64,000 bases of DNA from the NCBI GenBank assembly GCA_949290295.1, contig CASERH010000001.1, positions 67,969-131,968 on the forward strand, given 5' to 3'. This stretch comes from an uncultured Pseudomonadota bacterium (lineage in GTDB: Bacteria; Pseudomonadota; Alphaproteobacteria; RF32; CAG-239). Under the pieces are notes generated by a model that worked only from the letters and a program-made list of their open reading frames with translations, ran no database searches and had not been told where the DNA came from. The translations under genes and the position numbers were made by a program. Of this stretch, positions 1-8,821 are shown piece after piece. Positions within the stretch are counted from its first letter, which is position 1. Each line of letters opens with the position of its first letter.

Positions 1-1286
1 CTGATGTCATCACATTAAAGAACTATTTTGAACAAGACGGCACCCTAAATGATGTTGGCGGCATAAAATACCTGGTAAAGCTGTCCGATTCTGCCACACC
101 GTTGACCAATGCAGAGTACTATGCCCAATTTATTTATGACAAATATCTACGACGTGAGTTAATAGCCACCGGTTTTGATATTGTCAACAACGCCACCAAA
201 GAAGACCTGGATTCTGATGCCTCCGAACAAATAGAAGAAGCCGAAAAACGCTTATTTGAGCTTTCCAACCAAGGAGATATCAACGGAGGCTTTGTAGATT
301 TTTCCCAAGCCCTGACCTCTTCTTTGACACACATCGAACAAGCCTATCAAAAAGATGGCAAGATCTCAGGTCTTCCCACCGCTCTGGATGCGCTAGACAA
401 TAAAACCGGTGGCCTAAACAATTCAGACTTAATCATCATCGCCGGTCGTCCGGCCATGGGAAAAACAGCTCTTGCCACCAACATTGCCTATAATGTTGCC
501 GAATATATGCTGCATGCTAAAGGTCTGGATGAAAAATCCAGAGGTGTTGCTTTCTTCTCACTGGAAATGTCGGCAGACCAATTGGCCTCTCGTATTCTTT
601 CAACCGTAACCCAAACCAACGGTCACAAAATGCGTACCGGCGAGTTGGATAACGCAGAATTCACCCGCATTGCCGCCGCTGTTAGAGAGTTAGAGAAGAT
701 TCCGCTCTATATTGATGACACACCGGGATTGAATATCAACACCATTCGCACCCGCGCCAGAAGACTAAAAAGAAACAAAGGCTTGGGTTGCATTGTTATT
801 GACTATATCCAATTGATTTCAGGCACCGGCTCCAAACGCTCTGAGGGCAACCGTGTTCAAGAACTTTCTGAGATTTCTCGTGGATTGAAAATTTTAGCCA
901 AAGAATTAAATCTTCCGGTAATTGCCCTATCTCAGCTAAACCGCGGTGTTGAACAAAGAGACGATAAACGCCCCGTTATGTCAGACCTGCGTGAATCTGG
1001 TTCTATTGAGCAAGACGCCGATATTGTTATGTTTGTTTATCGTGAAAACTACTACCTCCAAAATGAAGAGCCTCAACAAAAAGCCTCTGAAACACCGGAA
1101 CATTTGCAGAAACGTATGGAAGAATGGGAAGCCAGAAAACGCGCCACCCAAAATGTTGCCGAGGTCATCATTGGCAAACAGCGTCACGGCCCAACCGGAA
1201 CAGTTCAACTGTTCTGGAATGGAGATTACGCGCAATTTGGTAATTTGGCAAAAGAAGAATATTTGCCTGACAGAATAGGAGATTAG
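1..1286 (+). CDS. dnaB: Replicative DNA helicase DnaB, 5'-truncated by the window edge. The reading frame is open from position 3.
   Basis: Walker A (GRPAMGKTALA) and the DnaB C-terminal RecA-like domain (IIGKQRHGPTGTV) are present. The in-frame upstream peptide DVITLKNYFEQDGTLNDVGGIKYL matches the DnaB N-terminal/linker region. The ORF-track start is TTG at 102. Confidence 0.9.
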   Translation, partial: DVITLKNYFEQDGTLNDVGGIKYLVKLSDSATPLTNAEYYAQFIYDKYLRRELIATGFDIVNNATKEDLDSDASEQIEEAEKRLFELSNQGDINGGFVDFSQALTSSLTHIEQAYQKDGKISGLPTALDALDNKTGGLNNSDLIIIAGRPAMGKTALATNIAYNVAEYMLHAKGLDEKSRGVAFFSLEMSADQLASRILSTVTQTNGHKMRTGELDNAEFTRIAAAVRELEKIPLYIDDTPGLNINTIRTRARRLKRNKGLGCIVIDYIQLISGTGSKRSEGNRVQELSEISRGLKILAKELNLPVIALSQLNRGVEQRDDKRPVMSDLRESGSIEQDADIVMFVYRENYYLQNEEPQQKASETPEHLQKRMEEWEARKRATQNVAEVIIGKQRHGPTGTVQLFWNGDYAQFGNLAKEEYLPDRIGD

Positions 1287-1287
1287 A

Positions 1288-1506
1288 ATGCCTGTCAATT
1301 TTATGAGTGTTTTACTATATGTCTTAGCGGCAGCCCTGGGTATTGCCGCAGTTGTGACCTTAATTGCGTTGGGCGCTACCATTTTTGCGGTTGTGTTTAC
1401 CTACGTATTCATTCCGCTTTTTCTCATTGCGGGAATCCGTTGGTTATGGCTGAAATATCAACTCTCTAAAAGAGGAAAGATAGAATACTTCAAAGATGAT
1501 GAATAA
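1288..1506 (+). CDS. Small hydrophobic membrane protein of 72 aa
   Basis: Two predicted TM helices. It lies 1 nt after the dnaB stop. No family recognised. Confidence 0.35.
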   Translation: MPVNFMSVLLYVLAAALGIAAVVTLIALGATIFAVVFTYVFIPLFLIAGIRWLWLKYQLSKRGKIEYFKDDE

Positions 1507-1579
1507 AAAGCCTTCTTCATTTATCCTTAACGAATAAAATAATATAATGACAAAATAAATAATTCGGATATTTGATGAC

Positions 1580-2020
1580 ATGGCTCAAAAACCCTTCTGG
1601 AAAACAAAAAAGCTAAGTGAATATACACCTGAAGAATGGGAATCTATTTGCACCCATTGCGGTAGATGTTGCCTCATCAAGCTACAAGATGAGGATTCGA
1701 ATGAGGTTTATGAAACCGATGTCATTTGCCGTTATCACGATTGCCAAACGCACCTCTGCACAGAATACGCCGACCGCTGCAAGCTTGTACCCGCCTGCCT
1801 AAAACTCACTCCGGAAAATATTGGCAAGATTTCTTGGATTCCAGAAACCTGCGCCTACTATACTTTAGCCCGCACCGGAGATCTACCGGCTTGGCATCCT
1901 CTAAAAACAAAGAAACCTCTGCCCGAAGAACTCAAAGCCTCAAGCTCTGTTGTAAGTGAACTTTTGGTACCGGAAGATGAACTTGAAGACCATATTATAG
2001 AGGATGCAGACGATGACTGA
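1580..2020 (+). CDS. ycgN: UPF0260/YcgN-family cysteine-rich protein, copy 1
   Basis: Carries the pattern EW..C..CG.CC..K.......TCAY..L....LP.WHPL characteristic of E. coli YcgN. Confidence 0.7.
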   Translation: MAQKPFWKTKKLSEYTPEEWESICTHCGRCCLIKLQDEDSNEVYETDVICRYHDCQTHLCTEYADRCKLVPACLKLTPENIGKISWIPETCAYYTLARTGDLPAWHPLKTKKPLPEELKASSSVVSELLVPEDELEDHIIEDADDD

Positions 2021-2480
2021 TGATTGGCTGGATTCTCCCTTTGACCCAGAGCAACGCTACGAGCATTTAGAAGATGTTGAACCGGAGTTTTGGAAGAAGA
2101 AAAAGCTGGAAGATATGTCACCAAGAGAGTGGGAGCTTTTATGCGACGGTTGTGGCAAATGCTGCCTAAATAAACTTGAAATTCGCGGCCGCATCAAGTT
2201 CACTCGCACTGTATGCCGATTTTTAGATTGCCAATCTTGCCTCTGCAAAATATATGAACACCGTTTTAAAAAAGTGCCGGATTGTCGCAATATAGACTTG
2301 GCCGCCGTGAGAGAAAAGCCTCGCTGGTTGCCAAAGACTTGCGCCTATTGGCTTTTAGACAACGGCCAAGATTTGCCCGATTGGCACCCCTTAAAAATGT
2401 CTTTACGAAACCGAGAAGTTGTATCAGAAACCGGAGTAAATGACTATGAAGATTACATTGTTGACTGGCCGGACCTCTGA
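2004..2480 (+). CDS. ycgN: UPF0260/YcgN-family cysteine-rich protein, copy 2 (tandem paralog)
   Basis: Same Cys/His pattern as copy 1 (REWELLCDGCGKCCLNKL...KTCAYWLL...LPDWHPL). Overlaps copy 1 by 17 nt. Confidence 0.65.
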   Translation: MQTMTDDWLDSPFDPEQRYEHLEDVEPEFWKKKKLEDMSPREWELLCDGCGKCCLNKLEIRGRIKFTRTVCRFLDCQSCLCKIYEHRFKKVPDCRNIDLAAVREKPRWLPKTCAYWLLDNGQDLPDWHPLKMSLRNREVVSETGVNDYEDYIVDWPDL

Positions 2481-3153
2481 TATTGCAGAAGCTTTAGGGA
2501 TGGAGATAAAGATTATAAAATCTCCCTTAGCCAAACGCCTAACCCTAAGGATTGACGATAAAAATCATCTCCCGGTACTAACCATTCCCAAGTATTGCAC
2601 ATCTCGCAAAGCTATCAACTTTGTGGAAGAGCATCGCGACTGGATTCGCAATATGCTGGCCCGTTTACCCACAGCCGAAAAATTTGGAAACGGAGAAAGC
2701 ATCTCCATAATGGGAGAAAAAGTTATCATCACCCACCACCGCGGCCAAAGAGGAATAGCTCTCAAAGATGGCTTTTTGGTTGTTGGCGGCGAACCGGAAT
2801 TTTTACATCGTCGTGTAAGCGATTTTTTAAAAAAACTTGCCGCCAAAGAGCTGTCAAAACTTTCAATTGCCAAAGCCAAACAACTAGGCAAAACCGTTCA
2901 TCATATAAGCATTAAAGACACCAAATCCCGCTGGGGCAGCTGCTCCAGCAAAAACAATATCAACTATAATTGGCGGATAATTTTGGCTCCCAAACATGTC
3001 ATTGATTATCTCGTTTGCCACGAGGTTTCTCACCTCTTGCACCAAGATCATTCTGCAAACTTTTGGAATTGCGTTGCCACCCTTTGTCCTGATTACCAAG
3101 ATGGACGCCGCTGGTTAAAAGTAAAAGGCAAAGAGCTTTACCGCTACATTTAA
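2440..3153 (+). CDS. YgjP-like (DUF45/M48-related) zinc-dependent hydrolase
   Basis: WGSCS...N..NYNWRIILAP followed by HEVSHLLHQDHS (HExxH). Domain order is typical of YgjP/SprT-like proteins. Confidence 0.6.
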   Translation: MTMKITLLTGRTSDIAEALGMEIKIIKSPLAKRLTLRIDDKNHLPVLTIPKYCTSRKAINFVEEHRDWIRNMLARLPTAEKFGNGESISIMGEKVIITHHRGQRGIALKDGFLVVGGEPEFLHRRVSDFLKKLAAKELSKLSIAKAKQLGKTVHHISIKDTKSRWGSCSSKNNINYNWRIILAPKHVIDYLVCHEVSHLLHQDHSANFWNCVATLCPDYQDGRRWLKVKGKELYRYI

Positions 3154-3226
3154 TTTGCAAGTTGATTTTTAAAACTTGGTACCCTATATTTATCTTAGTA
3201 CAACATAACATAAAAAGGAAAACTGA

Positions 3227-3955
3227 ATGGAAAACAAATCATATTCACAAACAGCAGCCTCCGCCTCTATTAGTGAGGGTCTGCGCCAATATATGATAAA
3301 AGTTTATAACTTTATGGCGGCAGGATTGTGCCTCACCGCTTTGAGTGCCTATATTATTGGCAACACCTCTTTACTGGGACTGTTCTTTAACGTTAATCAG
3401 CTCGGCCAAGTTACAGGTATGTCTGGATTCGGCTGGTTAATGTTTATTGCTCCGCTGGTAATGGTTTTTGCCTTTGGATGGGTGCTAAATAGAGGAACAT
3501 CTGCTCAGGTTCAAGGCTTGTTTTGGGCCTATGCGGCAGTTATGGGAGCATCTCTGACGCCGATTCTCTTGGCTTATACCGGTGCCAGTGTTGCCAGGGT
3601 TTTCTTAATCACAGCCGGCACCTTTGGCGCCATGAGCCTCTATGGCTACACCACCAAAAAAGATTTAAGCGGTATGGGCTCTTTTTTAATGATGGGCTTG
3701 TTTGGCATCATCATTGCCATGATTGTTAACATCTTCATGAAAAGCCCCGGTGTTGACTATGCTATTTCCATTTTAGCCGTTGGCATCTTCGTTGGCCTGA
3801 CTGCTTATGATACTCAAAGAATCCGCGATATGTATTATGAAGGAGATAGTAGCGAGATAGCCACCAAAAAAGCTATTTCCGGTGCTTTGTCACTGTATCT
3901 TGACTTCATTAACATGTTCATTTACCTGTTGCGTTTCTTTGGAGATCGCAGATAA
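3227..3955 (+). CDS. Bax-inhibitor-1/YccA family inner membrane protein
   Basis: Seven hydrophobic segments. The N-terminal YMIKVYNFMAAGL and C-terminal DFINMFIYLLRFFG are typical of the BI-1/YccA family. Confidence 0.7.
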   Translation: MENKSYSQTAASASISEGLRQYMIKVYNFMAAGLCLTALSAYIIGNTSLLGLFFNVNQLGQVTGMSGFGWLMFIAPLVMVFAFGWVLNRGTSAQVQGLFWAYAAVMGASLTPILLAYTGASVARVFLITAGTFGAMSLYGYTTKKDLSGMGSFLMMGLFGIIIAMIVNIFMKSPGVDYAISILAVGIFVGLTAYDTQRIRDMYYEGDSSEIATKKAISGALSLYLDFINMFIYLLRFFGDRR

Positions 3956-3973
3956 ACGAATTTGAAGAAAAAA

Positions 3974-4004
3974 GATCCCGCCGATTTGGCGGGATTTTTT
4001 TATT
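3974..4004. terminator. Bidirectional Rho-independent terminator
   Basis: GATCCCGCC-gattt-GGCGGGAT hairpin flanked by an A-run and a T-run. It sits between convergent genes and overlaps the stop of the minus-strand gene. Confidence 0.7.
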
Positions 4005-5079
4005 TCTGAAACATAACTAAAGAACTTCCTTCTTGTTCTTGAGATTGTTTTAGAGCCTCTATGGCTTGTTCAATCAATTTTTTTGCCGACCGCGCCGGAT
4101 TAGGAAAGACGCTGGCGCCAACACTAACAGTTAGGTCGTGAGTCGTAAAATTATCGCTCACGCCTTCTCTAAGCAAGGCCATAAGTTTTTTTATCTCCAC
4201 ATCCAAATCATACCCGCTCATCAAATCAGGCATCAATATCCAAAAATGATATTTCAGCCCTCTGGCCACGGTATAATTTTTTTTCAAACTCAAAACCAAA
4301 GTGTTGGCAAGTTTTTTGATAACAAATTCTTCCAAATGAAGTTTTCTGAAAGATTCAATATTGTCAACATTAACCCCAACAACGGCAATCAAATCTTTCG
4401 GCAAACGAGAATCCTTATAATTCTCATTGTTAACAGCCATTTGAACCCTGTCTTCAAACAAGAAGAAATTTGGCAAACCTGTCAAATCGTCATATAAATT
4501 ATTGAAAAACGGTTTACTGCTTTTGTTTTGGTGATTTCCCACTAAAATAAAAGAAAAATGCTTAGTATCAGGCAAATAGATGGCCTGGAATTCAACCGGA
4601 ATAACTTTCCCCTTGAGAGAGCGTAATCTAATTTTTTGCTTTTGAGCAGAGGTCAGCATCTCGCCGATACTTGAGGTCATAAGATTCCAATCTTGCTTAT
4701 CAACAAACGAAAGGAAGGGCTCGCCCAAAGAAGACTTCATATCTTTGATGTCCAACATTTGCATTGCCGTAAAGTTAAAATAAACGGCTTTATCATCGCT
4801 GACCATAACAATCGGCCGCTCAGAGCTATTCATAACTAAGTTAACGATATCGTTAAGATTGACATCCAAATCTTGCCAAAAATACTTTTCCTTAATTTTT
4901 TTCTTTTGTTGTTTTGGCAACTCTGTTTGAGGGGGCTGAGCATTAAAATTTTCAAGGTCATTAAGAACAATGCCATACTGATCTGCCTTTTTGAGCAAGG
5001 CCAAATCAGCCTTTGCGGCAGAAACAAACCCTGCATGCCCCTCAAGATTTTCAATATTTAAAGAACTATCTTCACTCAT
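4000..5079 (-). CDS. Signalling protein with a degenerate GGDEF (diguanylate-cyclase-like) domain
   Basis: YDDLTGLPNFFLFEDRV is the GGDEF domain N-terminal signature, but no intact GG(D/E)EF motif is present. The N-terminal half looks like a PAS/sensor domain. Confidence 0.5.
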   Translation of the reverse strand: MSEDSSLNIENLEGHAGFVSAAKADLALLKKADQYGIVLNDLENFNAQPPQTELPKQQKKKIKEKYFWQDLDVNLNDIVNLVMNSSERPIVMVSDDKAVYFNFTAMQMLDIKDMKSSLGEPFLSFVDKQDWNLMTSSIGEMLTSAQKQKIRLRSLKGKVIPVEFQAIYLPDTKHFSFILVGNHQNKSSKPFFNNLYDDLTGLPNFFLFEDRVQMAVNNENYKDSRLPKDLIAVVGVNVDNIESFRKLHLEEFVIKKLANTLVLSLKKNYTVARGLKYHFWILMPDLMSGYDLDVEIKKLMALLREGVSDNFTTHDLTVSVGASVFPNPARSAKKLIEQAIEALKQSQEQEGSSLVMFQK

Positions 5080-5206
5080 CTTATTTATCTGTTTTTTTGT
5101 AGTTTAGAATCTATTTATCAAAAACACAATGCCAAAATCTTTGTATTTTTTTAATAATATTAGAATATACTCCGTTCATCTATGCAAAAAAAGAAAGAAT
5201 TCAACC

Positions 5207-7279
5207 ATGGCGGAAGAAGAAAACACCAAAGAAAATTCAGAAGAGTCTCTTTCTGCGGCGGCAGAAGAAGATGCTGTTTTGGCACCAGCGGAAACTTTAG
5301 ATAAAGATACACAAGAAAAAGCTGTTTCTGACAACACATATTTGGTAAAAGAACGTTTTGAAATTGACTATAGTCATCCTTTGCCGGAATTAAACGCCAA
5401 CGGGGCCAAGGCCTACATGGTCAAAGATAAAATAAATCCACAGCGTGAACTTTTTGCCCTTCTGTGCGACAACAACTTTCCGCCCAGACTTTCCATGTTG
5501 CCCTATTTGAAATCAATAGAACACCCGAATTTGCTAAATCTGGTGGATTACAGTGTTGTAGACTATAAGCCGGAAAAGACAATGAACATGGCATTAATAT
5601 ACAGTCGTCCGACCGGCCCAAAGGTCTCCCAGGCAATCCCAAAAGAAAAACCAAGCTTTGAAAAATTTAAATCCTTGGTACTGTCGTTAGTTTCCGGCTG
5701 TGAAGCTCTGAAAAACTACAATCTAACTCACCGAGCCATTCGCATGGACAACATCTTTTTTAAAGATGAGAAGGGCTCTGAACTCGTGTTAGGGGATTGC
5801 GCAGCATCATTTCCTGCCCTATACCAGCCTAATGCCTATGAAACCCAGGAGAGCCTATTATGCATACCCCAAGGACGCGGGCAAGGAAGCAGCGGTGACG
5901 ATGTTTACTCTGCCGGAGTTGTTTTATTAGGGCTTGCTTTAGGCCACGAAATTGCTCCCAAATGTTCGTGTCCGGAGTTACAGCGTCTAAAACTAAAAAA
6001 AGGTTCTTTGGCAACCCTTTCTGATGGAGAAAAAATTCCCGGTCAAATTATGCCTCTTTTGAAAGGAATGTTAGAAGACAGTATTGAAAGTCGTTGGAAC
6101 AGCTCGCAAATTTACAATTATCTTGACGGAAAGAATCCAACCTTTTCCTCTGAGCCAGGAGATCGCTCCATGAGAGCCTTAAGCATTGGCGGAGAAAAAT
6201 ATTACACGGCCAAATCCGTAGCTTTGGCAATATTGGAAAATCCGGCAGACGGCCTAAGTGTTATTAAAAGCGGCAAACTTTTGGAGTGGATAAAGAACGG
6301 CCTTGAAAACGAAAAACTCCACAATAAAATAGAACGATTAATCAACGCAGAGAAAGAAGGAGAATCAAACAGATTGCTTTTGCCGCAAATCTGCATTTAC
6401 TTAGACTATAGTTTGCCGATCAAGTGTGATACCATGTATGTTTTTCCGAGTGGTCTTCCCAAAGCCATATTCCATAGCTTAAAAACAGGTAGATCTTTGG
6501 AGCCCTTCCACCAAATTTTATCTGGAGATTTAATCAAAATCTGGTACCAAGAGCAACCCTATTTACACGCTCCTGCAAACAGTAATGAATTTAGAGTTTA
6601 TCTAAGCCGCAATGATTATGGTTATGGCATCGACCGTATCATTTATGATTTTGACGATGATTTGCCCTGTACCAGTCCCCTAATTGGCAAAGAGTTTGTA
6701 AACACCCCATCAAAATTATTAAAAGCTCTGGATTCGAACTATTCAGAAAACAAAGAAGACAAGCCATACGACAAAAATATCATAGCCTATCTGCGCAGCA
6801 AGATGGGCAAAAAAATAGATGGCATATTAACCGATATCAACGCCAATCAAGATGCCCTACAAATATCGGCTGTCATGAGATTGTATGCCAATATTCAAAA
6901 CAAAACAGGTCCGGTTCAACTTCTAAACCTGACCAAATGGTTGGTAAAAACTGCCAAGCCGATTATAATGAATTATCATAATACGAAATACCGTAAATAT
7001 TTGGAACAAGAGACCATAAAAATTTCCAAAAGCGGCAAAATTATAGAGCTTTACGAAATTCTTGAAAACGAGGAGGCTCAAAAGAAGGACCGAACGGAAT
7101 ACGCTTCTGTTTTGAAAAAAGTGAACATTTTGGTAACCGAACGCAACCGTATTTTGCAAGGGAGCCCGAAACTAGATGAAGAATCCAGAGAGCTGGCTAT
7201 AAAATTTGGCTCGATTCTTTCAATTTTAACCATGTTGAGTTCATTTATTCTCAGCATTATTTATTGGGTGTTTAAATGA
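5207..7279 (+). CDS. Eukaryotic-like Ser/Thr protein-kinase-fold protein (likely pseudokinase) with a C-terminal TM anchor
   Basis: HRAIRMDNIFF aligns to the HRDLKPENILL catalytic loop, with the catalytic Asp replaced by Ala. GDC replaces DFG. DDVYSAGVVLLGL matches subdomain IX (DxWSxG). The C-terminal FGSILSILTMLSSFILSIIYWVF is hydrophobic. The ORF track starts at 5129, but that N-terminus translates an AT-rich promoter, and MAEEEN at 5207 is more plausible. Confidence 0.55.
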   Translation: MAEEENTKENSEESLSAAAEEDAVLAPAETLDKDTQEKAVSDNTYLVKERFEIDYSHPLPELNANGAKAYMVKDKINPQRELFALLCDNNFPPRLSMLPYLKSIEHPNLLNLVDYSVVDYKPEKTMNMALIYSRPTGPKVSQAIPKEKPSFEKFKSLVLSLVSGCEALKNYNLTHRAIRMDNIFFKDEKGSELVLGDCAASFPALYQPNAYETQESLLCIPQGRGQGSSGDDVYSAGVVLLGLALGHEIAPKCSCPELQRLKLKKGSLATLSDGEKIPGQIMPLLKGMLEDSIESRWNSSQIYNYLDGKNPTFSSEPGDRSMRALSIGGEKYYTAKSVALAILENPADGLSVIKSGKLLEWIKNGLENEKLHNKIERLINAEKEGESNRLLLPQICIYLDYSLPIKCDTMYVFPSGLPKAIFHSLKTGRSLEPFHQILSGDLIKIWYQEQPYLHAPANSNEFRVYLSRNDYGYGIDRIIYDFDDDLPCTSPLIGKEFVNTPSKLLKALDSNYSENKEDKPYDKNIIAYLRSKMGKKIDGILTDINANQDALQISAVMRLYANIQNKTGPVQLLNLTKWLVKTAKPIIMNYHNTKYRKYLEQETIKISKSGKIIELYEILENEEAQKKDRTEYASVLKKVNILVTERNRILQGSPKLDEESRELAIKFGSILSILTMLSSFILSIIYWVFK

Positions 7280-7755
7280 TAAAACCATTAAGAACGCGCC
7301 AACCGGCTAAAGCGAAAATAAAGTTCAATCTTTTGCAAAAGATTCTACTTCTTTTGGGATTGGTTATTTTGGTAATAACGGCCTTACCGGCAGTTGTAAT
7401 CTTAATCATCGGACTGCTGCCGACAATCACAATTATCTTGATAGATTCAAAAAATACCAGCAAACTGACAATGGTAGGTTGTTTTAATTTGGCCGGAGTT
7501 TTTGTTTGCCTGATGAATATTTTTAATCAATTTAACCTTAATCATGCCATTACAATTCTTGGCAATGTTTTCAATATAATCATCATGCTGGGAGCCGCGG
7601 CTTTAGGAATGGTTCTATATTATGAGTTGCCAAATCTTTTTCTGTTCATCTCCAAGGCATCAGCCCAGAGACGCCTTCGCAACATTGACAACAAGCTCGA
7701 AAAAATTGCCGATGAGTGGGGGCAAGAATGTATTGCTGAAGTAAATCAAAAATAA
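7276..7755 (+). CDS. Polytopic membrane protein, translationally coupled to the kinase-like gene
   Basis: ATGA start/stop overlap with the upstream gene. At least four TM helices. No family recognised. Confidence 0.4.
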   Translation: MIKPLRTRQPAKAKIKFNLLQKILLLLGLVILVITALPAVVILIIGLLPTITIILIDSKNTSKLTMVGCFNLAGVFVCLMNIFNQFNLNHAITILGNVFNIIIMLGAAALGMVLYYELPNLFLFISKASAQRRLRNIDNKLEKIADEWGQECIAEVNQK

Positions 7756-7758
7756 ATC

Positions 7759-7789
7759 CAAAGCCGCGTTTTAAAACACGGCTTTTTCA
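7759..7789 (+). terminator. Rho-independent terminator
   Basis: AAGCCGCG-ttttaaaa-CACGGCTT hairpin followed by TTTTT. Confidence 0.55.
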
Positions 7790-7790
7790 A

Positions 7791-8669
7791 TTAAGATTTC
7801 ATGCCTTCAATTGTTTTGGCAATTTTTTTAATTGAATTCAATTCTATTTGCCGCACACGCTCTTTAGAAATATTATAAAGTTTGCTCAAATCATCAAGTG
7901 TCACAGCTTTCTCGAATAATCTGCGCTTAAATAAGATATCTCTTTCGCGTTTATTTAGGCACACAAGAGCCTTATTAAAAAGTTCACGGCGGTATTTCAT
8001 CGTTTCGGCATAAGCCAAAACCTCTTCTTGATTGGGCTTCGTATCAGCAATAAAATCCATCCATTCGCTACCACTATCAGAAGAAGCATCTATTTGAGTA
8101 TTAAGAGAGCCATCATGAGATTTAAGACGCATATTCATATCCGTCACATCTTGCACGCTGACATCCAAAGATTCGGCAATGCCATTTAACACCTTTGGAG
8201 AAAGCTCTCTGTCATCGGTAACATTGAGCTTATTTTTTATTTTTCGTAAATTAAAAAACAACTTTTTCTGTGCCGCGGTCGTCCCTATTTTAACCAACGA
8301 CCACGAGTTTAAGATATATTTTTGGATAGAAGCTTTAATCCACCACAAGGCATAAGTTGAAAATCTAAACCCCTTATCCGGTTCAAATTTTTCAATAGCA
8401 TAAAGAAGTCCGATGTTTCCCTCAGAAATCATCTCTGCTGCAGATAGGCCATAACCTCTGTATTTGGCAACAACTTTTACCACCAAGCGCAAATGAGAGG
8501 TGACCAAAACTTTAGCTATTTCCGGATTTTTTGTTTTCTGATATTGAACAGCCAGGTTGTATTCTTCATCCTGAGCCAAGATAGGATATTGCCTGATTTT
8601 TTGCAAATATCTGACCATGTTAAACTCTGGAGAAAAGTCCGCTCCACCAAGATTTTGGACATCATCCAT
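7791..8669 (-). CDS. rpoH: RNA polymerase sigma-32 heat-shock factor RpoH
   Basis: Sigma-70 family regions 2 and 4. The RpoH box QKKLFFNLRK is present. Confidence 0.85.
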   Translation of the reverse strand: MDDVQNLGGADFSPEFNMVRYLQKIRQYPILAQDEEYNLAVQYQKTKNPEIAKVLVTSHLRLVVKVVAKYRGYGLSAAEMISEGNIGLLYAIEKFEPDKGFRFSTYALWWIKASIQKYILNSWSLVKIGTTAAQKKLFFNLRKIKNKLNVTDDRELSPKVLNGIAESLDVSVQDVTDMNMRLKSHDGSLNTQIDASSDSGSEWMDFIADTKPNQEEVLAYAETMKYRRELFNKALVCLNKRERDILFKRRLFEKAVTLDDLSKLYNISKERVRQIELNSIKKIAKTIEGMKS

Positions 8670-8821
8670 GTTCGTTTCACTCCTGTTTAAGCATTCAGTC
8701 GTTCAACGTACGAGTTCTGGTCTCAAAAAAATCGACGCTTATAGGGTTGCGCTAAATTAGCAAAAGCGCAACCTATCCTTTAGTATGAGAAAGGTTGAAA
8801 AATTCCATTTTGAGTTGCTGT

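Noticed and set aside
102-1286. The DnaB C-terminal region is roughly 90 aa longer than E. coli DnaB, so I considered an intein.
   Set aside because: The extra residues form a short hydrophilic insertion (LQNEEPQQKASETPEHLQKRMEEWEARKRATQNV) with no intein blocks (no Cys/Ser splice junctions or HNH). It looks like a lineage-specific loop.
946-1382. Overlapping ORFs 946-1278 (+) and 981-1382 (-).
   Set aside because: Alternative-frame and antisense products of dnaB with low-complexity translations.
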